This document shows positions 31,246-41,126 of a stretch of DNA of 64,000 nucleotides, piece by piece. A program made the translations under genes and the position numbers. The DNA lies in IMG/VR virus record IMGVR_UViG_3300024345_000775, positions 25,144 to 89,143 of that record; one strand, written 5' to 3'. Source of the DNA: a virus (lineage: Duplodnaviria > Heunggongvirae > Uroviricota > Caudoviricetes). The notes under the pieces were generated by a model. It worked only from the letters and a program-made list of their open reading frames with translations, made no database searches and had not been told where the DNA came from. Each line of letters opens with the position of its first letter. Positions within the stretch are counted from its first letter, which is position 1.

Positions 31246-32646
31246 AATTATTCTTTTTGGTTTACTACTTTTTCAAACTCTTCCATAAGTAAGTTAAATT
31301 CTTTATTAAGAACTTTAAGAGAGTTTATCATGACAGAAGTGTCATCACTTATGTGATTCAACAGTTTGTGGTTATGAATCCCAGTTCTGGAATCTTCCAA
31401 TTGCTGTTTGAAGAACTTTTGTTTTTGTTCTTCAATTTGTACTTCTTTTTCAAGAATTTGTTTATGTTTCTTGATTAAATCTTTACACTGTTTTATGTTC
31501 GGTTTCATAACTCCATGCACTATTGATTTGTTTTTCAACTTCTTTTGCAAATCTAGTTTGAGGTTTAAGAATATCAATTGCTTCATTGATTGTCTTATGT
31601 CCACCTCCAACTAACATACTTGCCCTATTAAGATAATAAAGAATATTGTTTATTTCATACTCTTTTTCTAGTTGAGCAGATTCTCTTGCTGTTATAGAAA
31701 AAGATGGATTAAATATTGCATTAGCCATATTCCTTATTTAATTTCTCACAAAACTTATCACATCTCTTTTTTGAGAAGAAACATTTAACAAAGAACTTAA
31801 AGAAATCTCTTATATCACTAAAAGCACTATAAGTTCCTGTTAAATCATAAGCTATTGTGTTATATGAACATTTATTATTCCTACATGAACAAAGTGGATA
31901 ATATACTGTTATCATACTTGACTTTCATTTGGTTTATGTAATGGTATAATAACCTGTTTTGGTTCTTCTTCTTTCTCTTCAGGACCATTTACCATGACAC
32001 AAATTATATCATAGTATTCCTTATCAAGCTTACCCTCATTGTAAGCTCTTTGTATAACAGACAATAGAGTTTGATTGAAAGTAAGTGCTATATTTAATTG
32101 ATTCTGAAGTTGTTTGAGAGCTGCTTTGTGCATATTCTCTACATTATCTAGAAAATTTGCCATAGTATCCTCAAACATTTCAGAAAGTGTTCTACCATCA
32201 AACATTTAAATACTTATTTGTTACTTTATAGGTCTTCTTACCAGAAGTAATTTCCCTATAAGAGATTATCATAGGTACAACAGATTGCTGAGGCTTTGTT
32301 CCTTCATATGTAATTGTATCTACATCTAGAATTAAAGCTTGAATGTCATCTCTCTTTGTTACCTTATGATAAATGTAAAACGTTGTTTTTGGGAATCTGT
32401 TCTCATCAGTAATATGAAGTACTTGACTTTCTTTCAATTCTTCATATAACTTATCAACTTTTTCCATTTTCTTTTCATCCTCATAAACTAACATTGCTGG
32501 AAGTCCAACCATGATAAAGATGAGGATAATCAAAATTACTACATTACTCATACCTCTGAATAATCTTCACAAGTTGGTGCTAAATCTAATCCTTCCTGCC
32601 TTGCAGGACAATGATAGTCATGCCAACAATTTTTACATGTTCTTAA

Positions 32647-32719
32647 TTTACTCATGTGCCTCCACTAGAACTCGAACCTAGGCTCCTCTGATTAAGAGTC
32701 AGATGCTTTACCAACTAAG
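32647..32719 (-). tRNA. tRNA-Lys (CTT)
   Basis: Acceptor GCCTCTA/TGGAGGC (one G-U), D-arm GCTTAGTTGGTAAAGC, anticodon arm TCTGA-CTCTTAA-TCAGA, T-arm CTAGGTTCGAGTTCTAG; 73 nt. Confidence 0.8.
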
Positions 32720-32736
32720 CTATAGAGGCTCCTTAT

Positions 32737-33255
32737 TTAAAAGCCTAAAGGAGATAAAGCTAATCTAATAGTTCTATCTCCTAATATAAATTTGGCTTGT
32801 ATTGCTAGGTTAGCACTTTTAAAGACAACTGCATCAAAATCAATATGATTAAACATTGCTGGTTTTACAGTAATAGGATTACATCCTGCAAGATAATACA
32901 CTTTTGTACAGGGTTCTGGTTTCCAATCACCGTTCAAATAATTAGCAACATTGATGAGTTTATTCTTTGCAAGTAGTGCTTCTAAATTAGACTTATGTAA
33001 AGAATTATTTGGAGCAACTGTTTGACCTTCAAAAGGTGTTCTATTATAATTATTTAGAATAGTACCTCTGAATGTAATGTATACTCCTCTATTATTCTTA
33101 AACATTTCTTTAGCAATATCTTCATATGTTGGAGATTTTAATTCTTCCTCAGTAAATGCTTGTAAAGCTACTGATTTAAGGAAACCTCCTTTATTGTACC
33201 ACTCTTTAGCAGTTGTAAAACTAATTTCAACTTGTCTTGTAGTATCACTTTCCAT
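32737..33255 (-). CDS. hypothetical protein, paralog family Y (C-terminal domain shared with 54437-55276)
   Basis: VANYLNGDWKP...ILGDRTIRLALSPLGF vs VAKYLNNGWKP...ILGEETVKLALEPLGI. Confidence 0.45.
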   Translation of the reverse strand: MESDTTRQVEISFTTAKEWYNKGGFLKSVALQAFTEEELKSPTYEDIAKEMFKNNRGVYITFRGTILNNYNRTPFEGQTVAPNNSLHKSNLEALLAKNKLINVANYLNGDWKPEPCTKVYYLAGCNPITVKPAMFNHIDFDAVVFKSANLAIQAKFILGDRTIRLALSPLGF

Positions 33256-33670
33256 CTGAATCTAGATATTTATCTATACTTTCACTTAAACTTCTTTTAA
33301 ATGCTTCAATAGCTTCCTTAAAAGATTCTTTGCTAATAATTTTTATGTTATCAGTTGAGCTAAGTGAAAAACAGCTATCATCAACAAAACTATATGCACT
33401 TTTGCCTATTAAAGTATGTCTTTCTATAATACCAAAAGATACATAAAAAGAACAACAATTAGGGTTAAGTTTCATTACTTCTGTTACAAGGCCATAATAA
33501 GTCTCACCTTGTCTTTGAACAATAATGTAATGTCCTTTATATTTATCATTATATTCTTGTGCTTGAACTGCTCTTAACTCGTTTTCAACATCTCTTAAAA
33601 ATTCAGTTAGTTGTTCTTTCTTTTTAAGAAGTTTACTGATTTTTTCATTAGTTACATCCACAATTAACAA
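33245..33670 (-). CDS. hypothetical protein
   Basis: 141 aa; weak similarity (ETYYGLV / DSYYGFV) to neighbour 33664-34059. Confidence 0.4.
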   Translation of the reverse strand: MLIVDVTNEKISKLLKKKEQLTEFLRDVENELRAVQAQEYNDKYKGHYIIVQRQGETYYGLVTEVMKLNPNCCSFYVSFGIIERHTLIGKSAYSFVDDSCFSLSSTDNIKIISKESFKEAIEAFKRSLSESIDKYLDSDGK

Positions 33671-34059
33671 ATTTTATTTTCTGTAAGACAAGCTGCAACA
33701 ATATTTGCAAAAGTTTTAGGAGTAATATACTCTACAGTATTTGAATCTTTGATAGAAATACTGATTATCATATCAAAATCTTTTTCAAATACATACTTAT
33801 AACCTTCTTCACCATGACCTGGTACATTGCATACAACTGTTGTAAAATGGAACTGTACAGCATTTCTCAAGTCATCTGTTACAATCTTGTCTACAAAACC
33901 ATAATAACTATCTCTGTGACCTCTAATAGCAATTAAAGCACCACCTTGTTTGTTAATTTTGTCTATTTCCTTGATAGTCAAAGATTCTACATCTTTCTGT
34001 AACTTATCAATTCTGTCTTGTAATATTCCAAACATATTAGCTATTTTCAATTGCTTCAA
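33664..34059 (-). CDS. hypothetical protein
   Basis: 131-aa ORF. Confidence 0.4.
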   Translation of the reverse strand: MKQLKIANMFGILQDRIDKLQKDVESLTIKEIDKINKQGGALIAIRGHRDSYYGFVDKIVTDDLRNAVQFHFTTVVCNVPGHGEEGYKYVFEKDFDMIISISIKDSNTVEYITPKTFANIVAACLTENKIC

Positions 34060-34389
34060 GAATACTTAACTGTATCTCTACCTCTAACTCATCAAGTTCA
34101 ATATAATCATTATCTCCTTCAAACTTGAGATAGATGATACCTTCACCTGACATTTGATACATACTAATGACTGTAGGCTTTTCCAATTCACTAAGTCCAC
34201 AATCTTCAGAAGTAGAAATAATAAAGTTACAGTCTAATGGATTATTTTCATCATGAAACATGAGCATTCTAGATAAGTATTGTCTAATACTCTCAACTAG
34301 TAACTCATAAGTCTTCATAATATTTTCATATGACTGATTTTGTGCTCTAACTATTATATCTAAGTCTGCCATAATGTTTTTAAATTTAG

Positions 34390-34460
34390 TTGCCCTTGCA
34401 GGAATCGAACCTACCTACCCAGAACCAAAATCTGATGCACTACCACTATGCTAAAGGGCA
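34390..34460 (-). tRNA. tRNA-Gln (TTG)
   Basis: Acceptor TGCCCTT/AAGGGCA, D-arm GCATAGTGGTAGTGC, anticodon arm TCAGA-TTTTGGT-TCTGG, T-arm GTAGGTTCGATTCCTGC; 71 nt. Confidence 0.8.
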
Positions 34461-34819
34461 ATCACTTTATCCGTTTAAAGCTTTAAGAACTTTATCAGCT
34501 TCAACAGCCTTTTGTTGTTTAATTCTTGCTTTCTTTAAAGCTTCTAGTCTAGTAGATATATAAAATCTTCTAGCTTTAGTAAGAGCTTCTTTGACTTTTT
34601 CTACAGAATCAAAGCTACTGTAGTTATATCTTTCTGTATTCCACTCTAACCTTTCTGTAGGCTGCTTACATCGCCAAGAATCATCCATATAGATTCTTAA
34701 AAAATGTCTTTCTTTAAAATAGTTGTCACAAACTACTGCCCAACTATCTAAATCCTGATTTACAACAGCACAGACATTTTTCTTAGCTTCTTTTCTAAGC
34801 TTCTTTAACCAATATATAT

Positions 34820-35236
34820 TCATGATTGTAACACTTTTGTAAATACCATTTCTCTAGCACAAATTTGGCATCTGCCATCAATTGCATATCTTGTAAATGC
34901 AGGAATATATCCTTCAAGAATTACAAAATGAGCAATTTCTGTATTTTCATTAAGAAAGTTAAATTCATCTTCTGCCTCTAAATGAAATTTTCTGAGTTCT
35001 GCCATTGACTTTGAAGCAAAAGCAAATACAAATCCAGGACCATATTCATAACATTTATAATATTTAATGTAATGTGGTGAATTATCTGTAATGCTTTTCT
35101 GTATAAAAGGTAAACATTTAGAAATAAATCCACTTTTATATGGAGACCTATAATGATTATCTCTTTCTACAACCACTTTATATACAGGTATTCTTTTCAG
35201 AGTAAACCTGAATCTTCTTGTATCAAGTAAACACAT
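34820..35236 (-). CDS. hypothetical protein
   Basis: Start moved to internal Met (MCLLDTRRF) to avoid overlap with tRNA-Trp. Confidence 0.4.
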   Translation of the reverse strand: MCLLDTRRFRFTLKRIPVYKVVVERDNHYRSPYKSGFISKCLPFIQKSITDNSPHYIKYYKCYEYGPGFVFAFASKSMAELRKFHLEAEDEFNFLNENTEIAHFVILEGYIPAFTRYAIDGRCQICAREMVFTKVLQS

Positions 35237-35259
35237 ATTTTTGTTGTTTTTAGTTAGCA

Positions 35260-35330
35260 CATGTGGAAGGACTCGAACCCACAACAACTAGTTTTGGAGA
35301 CTAGCACTCTACCAATTGAGCTACACATGC
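35260..35330 (-). tRNA. tRNA-Trp (CCA)
   Basis: Acceptor GCATGTG/CACATGT (G1-U72), D-arm GCTCAATTGGTAGAGT, anticodon arm CTAGT-CTCCAAA-ACTAG; T-stem has one U-U mismatch. Confidence 0.75.
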
Positions 35331-36147
35331 ATAATAGAAGGGCAGAGAGAAACTAATCCCTCTACCCTATAAATTGTTATCCCAGAGCCTATGCAGAAGC
35401 ATAACTGCAAACCCCAGTAGCACATCTCTGCACTGTCACTTTACAGAAGAAATAAAGCTCAACACAGCCTTACTTTTTAATATGTCTGGAGATATACTTA
35501 TAACAATTGGCACTTTACTATACAAACTTCACTATTGCCAATAGTGAGTTACCTTAACTTTCTCATAGCCATACATTATTTGCTTACCCCGCTAAAATAT
35601 ATTAGGTACTTTTGGGCTATGGATTTTTTTCTTTTGGCAGGAACTACAAGGCTACTTGTTCTTTTAAACTCTACCAGGACTCCTGGGCACACCATCCTTA
35701 GTCCCCTTTTGTAATAGGGAATTACTAATTCAAGATACACCAAATAAGTATTAAAATTTCCTGTTAGGAGAGCACAGTATTCATATATTTTTTCTTTACC
35801 CTATGACTGGGTGCAGTCCCTATGGACAGGCTCATGTATGCTTGTTTCTTTACAGAAAGGCTATGAGCCAGCAATATTTCAATGAACTTTTAGCAACTTT
35901 AAAGGCAAATAACCTGGTCCAGCTTCTCTGCTCAAAGCTCCTGTTATAGGGCTATAGAACAGATACTGCTCATTGATTATTTCACAAACTTGAAGTAGGG
36001 AATCATATCTTGGAGATTGTATGCAATCTCCTACATGTAGTTCCATACCTTCTTCAGTTTCAGCTGCAAAAGTATACTGCCTTAGCCGTGAAGCTTGTTG
36101 TTCAGGTACTGGTTGCTGAACAAATACTACCTTTATTGTTATCATTG

Positions 36148-36651
36148 CTATTCTTTTGGCAACTGCCAAATCTCAATAGTAATATCAAGGTTTTCAAATG
36201 CTGCTAGAACCATAGAATGTACTACATTCCAGTTAGCACCACCTCTACAAGAACTCATGAGATAAGGCATTGCAATTGTTCTTATTTTGTTTTCTTCACA
36301 GATTTTTGCCAATTTAACTAGGCACATCCACAAAGCATCATAACTTGTAGGACATCCTATACTCAAGAAAGAATGCTCTTTTTGGTATAAGTCTTGAGCA
36401 CACAAATTTGCAATGTAAGGATAGTTTGGTTCTTCCTGTCCTTCTACACATTGTTCATGCTCAACAACCTGTACAACACCTAGTTTAAGGCCACCTTGTT
36501 GCATAAGAACAGTGTATTGTTCTTGTACATAAGGCCACTTGTGTGCAATAGCAGCAGCAACTCCACTCCCCATTACACCAGCATCATTTACTTGGTGCAT
36601 GATTATCTGTGCTTCTGAATCTAATAGATTTCCTGTCCGATTAACTACAGT
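36148..36651 (-). CDS. Macro domain protein (ADP-ribose binding/processing)
   Basis: IMHQVNDAGVMGSGVAAAIAHKWP matches macro-domain NAxN...GxGVaxAI block. Start chosen at MTVVNRTG to reduce overlap with nadD. Confidence 0.7.
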   Translation of the reverse strand, partial: TVVNRTGNLLDSEAQIIMHQVNDAGVMGSGVAAAIAHKWPYVQEQYTVLMQQGGLKLGVVQVVEHEQCVEGQEEPNYPYIANLCAQDLYQKEHSFLSIGCPTSYDALWMCLVKLAKICEENKIRTIAMPYLMSSCRGGANWNVVHSMVLAAFENLDITIEIWQLPKE

Positions 36652-37273
36652 CATATAGATGATGTTTTTGAATATAATCAGCAACATATTTAGGAACAAG
36701 TGTTTTCCATTCTGGATTACACTCATCAATACATTGTCTGATATAGGTTGAACTTATATTAGAAGGAATTTCTGACATTTTAGTAATACTTCTAGCTAGA
36801 GTTAATCCCTCAGGAACTTTCATTTCAACTCCTTCTCTAGGTATTACTACAATATCAAACTGATAAAGTATGTCTTTAAAACATGCCCATTTAGTTATTT
36901 GTGCAAGACAATCTGCACCTATAGCTAAATCAATGGAATAATCAGAATACTTAAGAGATAGATGCTTTAGGAAATAGTAAGTATATTGAAATAATGGCGA
37001 TGCATTACTATCAAAGATGACTTCTACTCTTTCATCTCCTATTACTCTTTTTATAGAAGTTGCAGCCATTTCAAATCTGTCTGCAAAACACACATTAAAC
37101 TCCTTAAAAGGACTTGCAAAGCTTGGAGCTACAATTACCTTATTATAATAGTACATACCATTGGTATCTCTTCTATCTAAGAGCATTTGTATTGCTTCTA
37201 TATGTCCATTATGTATAGGATTGAAAGAACCTCCATATAAGACAGCTCTTCCTCTTATAGTTCTGATTTCCAT
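36641..37273 (-). CDS. nadD: nicotinate(-amide) mononucleotide adenylyltransferase NadD-like
   Basis: GGSFNPIHNGH (HxGH nucleotidyltransferase motif of NadD) and C-terminal ISSTYIR (SxT-IR motif). Confidence 0.8.
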   Translation of the reverse strand: MEIRTIRGRAVLYGGSFNPIHNGHIEAIQMLLDRRDTNGMYYYNKVIVAPSFASPFKEFNVCFADRFEMAATSIKRVIGDERVEVIFDSNASPLFQYTYYFLKHLSLKYSDYSIDLAIGADCLAQITKWACFKDILYQFDIVVIPREGVEMKVPEGLTLARSITKMSEIPSNISSTYIRQCIDECNPEWKTLVPKYVADYIQKHHLYDCS

Positions 37274-37842
37274 TGTTTTAAATCCTCTAAATTAACTCTT
37301 CTAAATATCTCTCCATCTGGAGATGTAATTTCAGGAAGCCAAGTTCTGAACAATATCTTAGCATTTAACTCTTCAGCAAAATGTTCAATTGCCCTCAAAC
37401 TAATATCAGTTTCAGTAACATAGTTAGCTCTATCTTCTTGTTTTAAAAGAACATATAGTCTATTACTACATTCTGAAATCCTCAATCTAGCTCTTGTATT
37501 GTGTATAAGTTCTTGTAATGCATCCCAATCTTTTTTACCTTTTGGACAAATGGAAATTCCAGTTATACAAGGTAAGGTATGTTTTTTCAAGTAATAGAGT
37601 AACTCATAACCTGAAGTATAAACATAGATATTCTTAGCAAAAGAACTTATTACATTTACAATCCCATAAAGATTATCTAGAAGAAAAGGTTCACCACCTG
37701 TTAAACAAACAGTTTCCACTGTAGACAACTCCTCTTTTGTTATAAAAGGAATACTGTCTACAGTGTAGTTGTTGTTACAGCACATAGGACACTGATTAGT
37801 GCACTTGTCTGTAAGAAATAGATGAGCTACTTTTGGGTTCAT
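37255..37842 (-). CDS. small radical SAM enzyme (paralog C)
   Basis: HLFLTDKCTNQCPMCCNNN (CX3CX2C) and LTGGEPFL; shares LTDKC-x3-C block with rSAM 12404-13351. 195 aa. Confidence 0.65.
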   Translation of the reverse strand: MNPKVAHLFLTDKCTNQCPMCCNNNYTVDSIPFITKEELSTVETVCLTGGEPFLLDNLYGIVNVISSFAKNIYVYTSGYELLYYLKKHTLPCITGISICPKGKKDWDALQELIHNTRARLRISECSNRLYVLLKQEDRANYVTETDISLRAIEHFAEELNAKILFRTWLPEITSPDGEIFRRVNLEDLKQWKSEL

Positions 37843-38315
37843 GGTACAAAACTCCTAATTAGTTCATAATGTCCAAAAGCCCAATCATACTCACCTGCTT
37901 TAGCTACTGGTATCCACATAACTTCATCTACCTCATCTGGTTCACAATGCTCTTTAGATAACATCTTCACAGCAGGTGAATCAGAACCAAGATATGCAGT
38001 AAATTTTACTGTTAAGTTTTGTCTACCTTCAGGTACATCATCTATACCTGCAAATTGAAGTTTATCAGCAGGTACAAGAACTCCTGTTTCCTCATAAACT
38101 TCTCTTATAATAGCTGTTTTGAGGGTTTCATCATAATCTAGGTATCCACAAGGACAAACCCATTTACCAACATTATCAGGACAACCTGGTCCTCTCTTAT
38201 TTGCAAGAACTAACCAATTTCCTTGACTATCTTTGGTGAAGATGAAACCTGCAACTGCTACAGACCTACTTATCCAGTAGGTTTTTCCTTCATGTTCTAC
38301 TGGAAAATTTCTCAT
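37839..38315 (-). CDS. Nudix hydrolase
   Basis: Complete Nudix box GYLDYDETLKTAIIREVYEETGV (Gx5Ex7REVxEExGV). Confidence 0.8.
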   Translation of the reverse strand: MRNFPVEHEGKTYWISRSVAVAGFIFTKDSQGNWLVLANKRGPGCPDNVGKWVCPCGYLDYDETLKTAIIREVYEETGVLVPADKLQFAGIDDVPEGRQNLTVKFTAYLGSDSPAVKMLSKEHCEPDEVDEVMWIPVAKAGEYDWAFGHYELIRSFVP

Positions 38316-39493
38316 AGACCTAATTTATAAATAGCAGTTTTTACTTCCTCATCTGCTCCCATTACTTTACCAATGTCATCAGAAATCTTTACACAATTTA
38401 CCCATTCTTGTCTTGGGTTCATTCTGCAATGCATTAACTTCATGACAATATTTCTAGGCTGTACACCTTCAATATCATTGGTAAGATTAGTGCCTATACC
38501 AAAGGAAGCTTTTATCTTTCCTTTACAGTATTCAGCAATTTGAGCAGCTTTTGGAAAATCCAAAGCATTAGAGAACACTATAGTTTTTGTGAGTGGGTTG
38601 ATACCTAACTCATCATATCTAACTAGTGCTCTCTCAACAAAGTCTTTCTCATCTCCAGAATCTTGTCTTATACCATCAAACAATTTTGCATGTTGTAAAG
38701 AAAAATTCTTGAAAAAGACTTTAGAAGTATAGGTATCAGTTAAAGCAATACCAAGATTGCCATCATAAACCTTTACCCAGTTTTTATATGCCATGTAGTT
38801 AGCCTCATTGTAACCATACATAGCACCATGAAACATTACCCATTCATGTGCTACAGTTCCAATAGGTTTCATGTCATATTTCATTGCAAGATGTACATTT
38901 GAAGTACCGACGCAGGATGTAGAGTTCTTACAAACAGCTACAACTGTATCTTGTACTTCATAACTATATCTTCTTCTGGTACCAAACTCAGAGAATTTAA
39001 ATCCTGCTTCTTCAGCAATCTTACATTTCTCTTCAGTTTTTCTACATATCTCTTGATACTGGTCAACAGTTAGAGATTTACCATAGATTTTATAGTATGT
39101 TTCTGCAACTGTATAGAGAATAGGTACCTCATACAGAGTAACTTTATAAAGTTTATCTGTAACTTCAATCTTCAACTCACCATCTTTCTCAAGGGAAAGT
39201 TTAATTAAGTTTGGATTAAAATAGAAAGACTCTAACCATTCCCAATACCACTCAGGAATGTATGGTATGTTTTGTACACACCATTGTCTCTCTGCATTAG
39301 ACAACATTCTTTCTGCCAGTCTATGTAACTCTTGTTGCAAAGCGGTTACAAATTTAGCAGTATACTCTGTTTTACCTCTATCACAGAAAACAAATGTACC
39401 CTCTGCTTCAGGAAATAACTTCATATAAGCATAGCTCATGCTAAACTTATAGAGGTCATTATCCAACATACTTGCAGGGTTTATTGCTACCAT
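38312..39493 (-). CDS. pncB: type II phosphoribosyltransferase, nicotinate PRTase (PncB)-like / possibly NAMPT-like
   Basis: N-terminus MLDNDLYKFSMSYAYMKLFP...FVFCDR parallels PncB LDTDAYKLHM...FRCR; 393 aa. Confidence 0.65.
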   Translation of the reverse strand: MVAINPASMLDNDLYKFSMSYAYMKLFPEAEGTFVFCDRGKTEYTAKFVTALQQELHRLAERMLSNAERQWCVQNIPYIPEWYWEWLESFYFNPNLIKLSLEKDGELKIEVTDKLYKVTLYEVPILYTVAETYYKIYGKSLTVDQYQEICRKTEEKCKIAEEAGFKFSEFGTRRRYSYEVQDTVVAVCKNSTSCVGTSNVHLAMKYDMKPIGTVAHEWVMFHGAMYGYNEANYMAYKNWVKVYDGNLGIALTDTYTSKVFFKNFSLQHAKLFDGIRQDSGDEKDFVERALVRYDELGINPLTKTIVFSNALDFPKAAQIAEYCKGKIKASFGIGTNLTNDIEGVQPRNIVMKLMHCRMNPRQEWVNCVKISDDIGKVMGADEEVKTAIYKLGL

Positions 39494-40371
39494 AATATCA
39501 CAACCTTTTCAATTTCATGAGAATATATCCCATTTGTTGTAAACAATTTTGTTACATTACTTAGAATGTATTGCCAATTCTCTGTATTATCTTCTATAAG
39601 TTTATTCTCACAGTGGGAAGCATATACATAAATTGGACAATTCACTTTTTCCCTGATATTTGCAATAGTCTTACAGATGGTACCACCTGAGGATAATATG
39701 TCATCAATAATCAGAACAGGAATACCTGTCTCCAATGTATCTACTCCATATAGCTCCTGGTCTTGCAAAGTGCCAGTTTTCCAGTCTCTTGATTTGTTTC
39801 CTATTACCTTTCTAAAAGGCTTTAAGATTTCAAGAGAACTGTATCTATCATAAGCACCTCTATCAGGAAATACAATTGTAACCTTACTGAATTTATCATC
39901 AAACATCCCACTATGTATAACATCAAGGGCTTCTTTCAATGATACATCAGTTGGTATTTTACACATCCTATCAACTAGAGCATCAGTTACTTTTGAATGA
40001 GTATCAAAAACTGTTACACTTTCAAACTGTAAACTGTTAATAACATTGCAGAAATACTTAAGGGTAAAGACATCTCCTCTTTCTTCTACTCTGTCCATTC
40101 TAGCATTAGGAACATACAACATTTCCAGAGATATAGTACAGTCTTGATAATTATCTCTGAGATAACCACAAACAAATATCAATGTGACTAATTCTTCATC
40201 ACAATGATACTTCCATACTATATGAAAAGCATTTACACCAAAATCTGGCATATTTATCTTTTGAGTACCATCCTGGAAATGTTCTACCTTTACAGGTATT
40301 TTGTTGACGAAAAGCATTGAATAATTATGTAGATTATAAACATTAAAACAACTAAAGTTCCAGTAATCCAC
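39487..40371 (-). CDS. ribose-phosphate pyrophosphokinase (PRPP synthetase)-like
   Basis: PRPP/ribose-binding loop VLIIDDILSSGGT; 294 aa; 7-nt overlap with the PRTase gene. Confidence 0.6.
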   Translation of the reverse strand: MDYWNFSCFNVYNLHNYSMLFVNKIPVKVEHFQDGTQKINMPDFGVNAFHIVWKYHCDEELVTLIFVCGYLRDNYQDCTISLEMLYVPNARMDRVEERGDVFTLKYFCNVINSLQFESVTVFDTHSKVTDALVDRMCKIPTDVSLKEALDVIHSGMFDDKFSKVTIVFPDRGAYDRYSSLEILKPFRKVIGNKSRDWKTGTLQDQELYGVDTLETGIPVLIIDDILSSGGTICKTIANIREKVNCPIYVYASHCENKLIEDNTENWQYILSNVTKLFTTNGIYSHEIEKVVILW

Positions 40372-40499
40372 AAAGGACTAAATACCCACCACCAATTCCA
40401 ATCAATTTTCTCTGTCACCTTAGCAATAAAGAAAGCAATTGTTAAAATAAGTGGAAGATTGAAACTTATAGTTATATTTGTTTTAGCATTTTCACTCAT
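40290..40499 (-). CDS. small membrane protein
   Basis: 69 aa, two hydrophobic helices. Confidence 0.3.
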   Translation of the reverse strand: MSENAKTNITISFNLPLILTIAFFIAKVTEKIDWNWWWVFSPLWITGTLVVLMFIIYIIIQCFSSTKYL

Positions 40500-40574
40500 A
40501 AGAAAAGAAACATTGAAGCGAAACCAACTGTTACACCTGCAATAAAACTTGCCATCTCAACAATATTGTCCATA

Positions 40575-41126
40575 TCAAATAATGTTTATGTGGCAGCTTC
40601 TCATTGTCTCAATAGCTGCCTCTTTCTTTTCAGGAGTTACACCTGCTGTCAGTCCTTCATAGACATACACTTCTGAATTAGGGTATAATGTCTTGAGAAC
40701 AAGAGCATTGGTAACAACACAAATATCAGTACAGAATCCTACTAAATAGAACTCTCTTATTTCTGACTTATCTGAACCAATTATTTGTTCCCAATTGTTA
40801 TAACCAAATGTATGTTTGTTTATAAACTTTTTAGGAACTTGACAATTGTCAAGAGCTTCCATAATATCATCTCTTAGACACCAACCAGCAGTTTCACATA
40901 TACAATGTAAAACAGGTAAATGTTTACCTTCTACTGTGACATCATAAGATTGCCTATAATGAGTATCTCTTGTAGCAAGAATATAGTCAAAACCTTTTTC
41001 AGAAATAAGCTCAGGTAATGTTTTAGCAATGTCTTTTGCAATTGCAATAGACTCTTTATTTGCCAAAACACCACCTTGTGCACAGAAATCATTTTGACAA
41101 TCAATCAAAATAAGAACCTTTCTCAT
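40575..41126 (-). CDS. pncA: nicotinamidase PncA (isochorismatase family)
   Basis: N-terminus KVLILIDCQNDFCAQGG matches PncA LLLVDLQNDFCAGG with catalytic Asp; later Cys in ICVVTNA. Confidence 0.75.
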   Translation of the reverse strand: MRKVLILIDCQNDFCAQGGVLANKESIAIAKDIAKTLPELISEKGFDYILATRDTHYRQSYDVTVEGKHLPVLHCICETAGWCLRDDIMEALDNCQVPKKFINKHTFGYNNWEQIIGSDKSEIREFYLVGFCTDICVVTNALVLKTLYPNSEVYVYEGLTAGVTPEKKEAAIETMRSCHINII

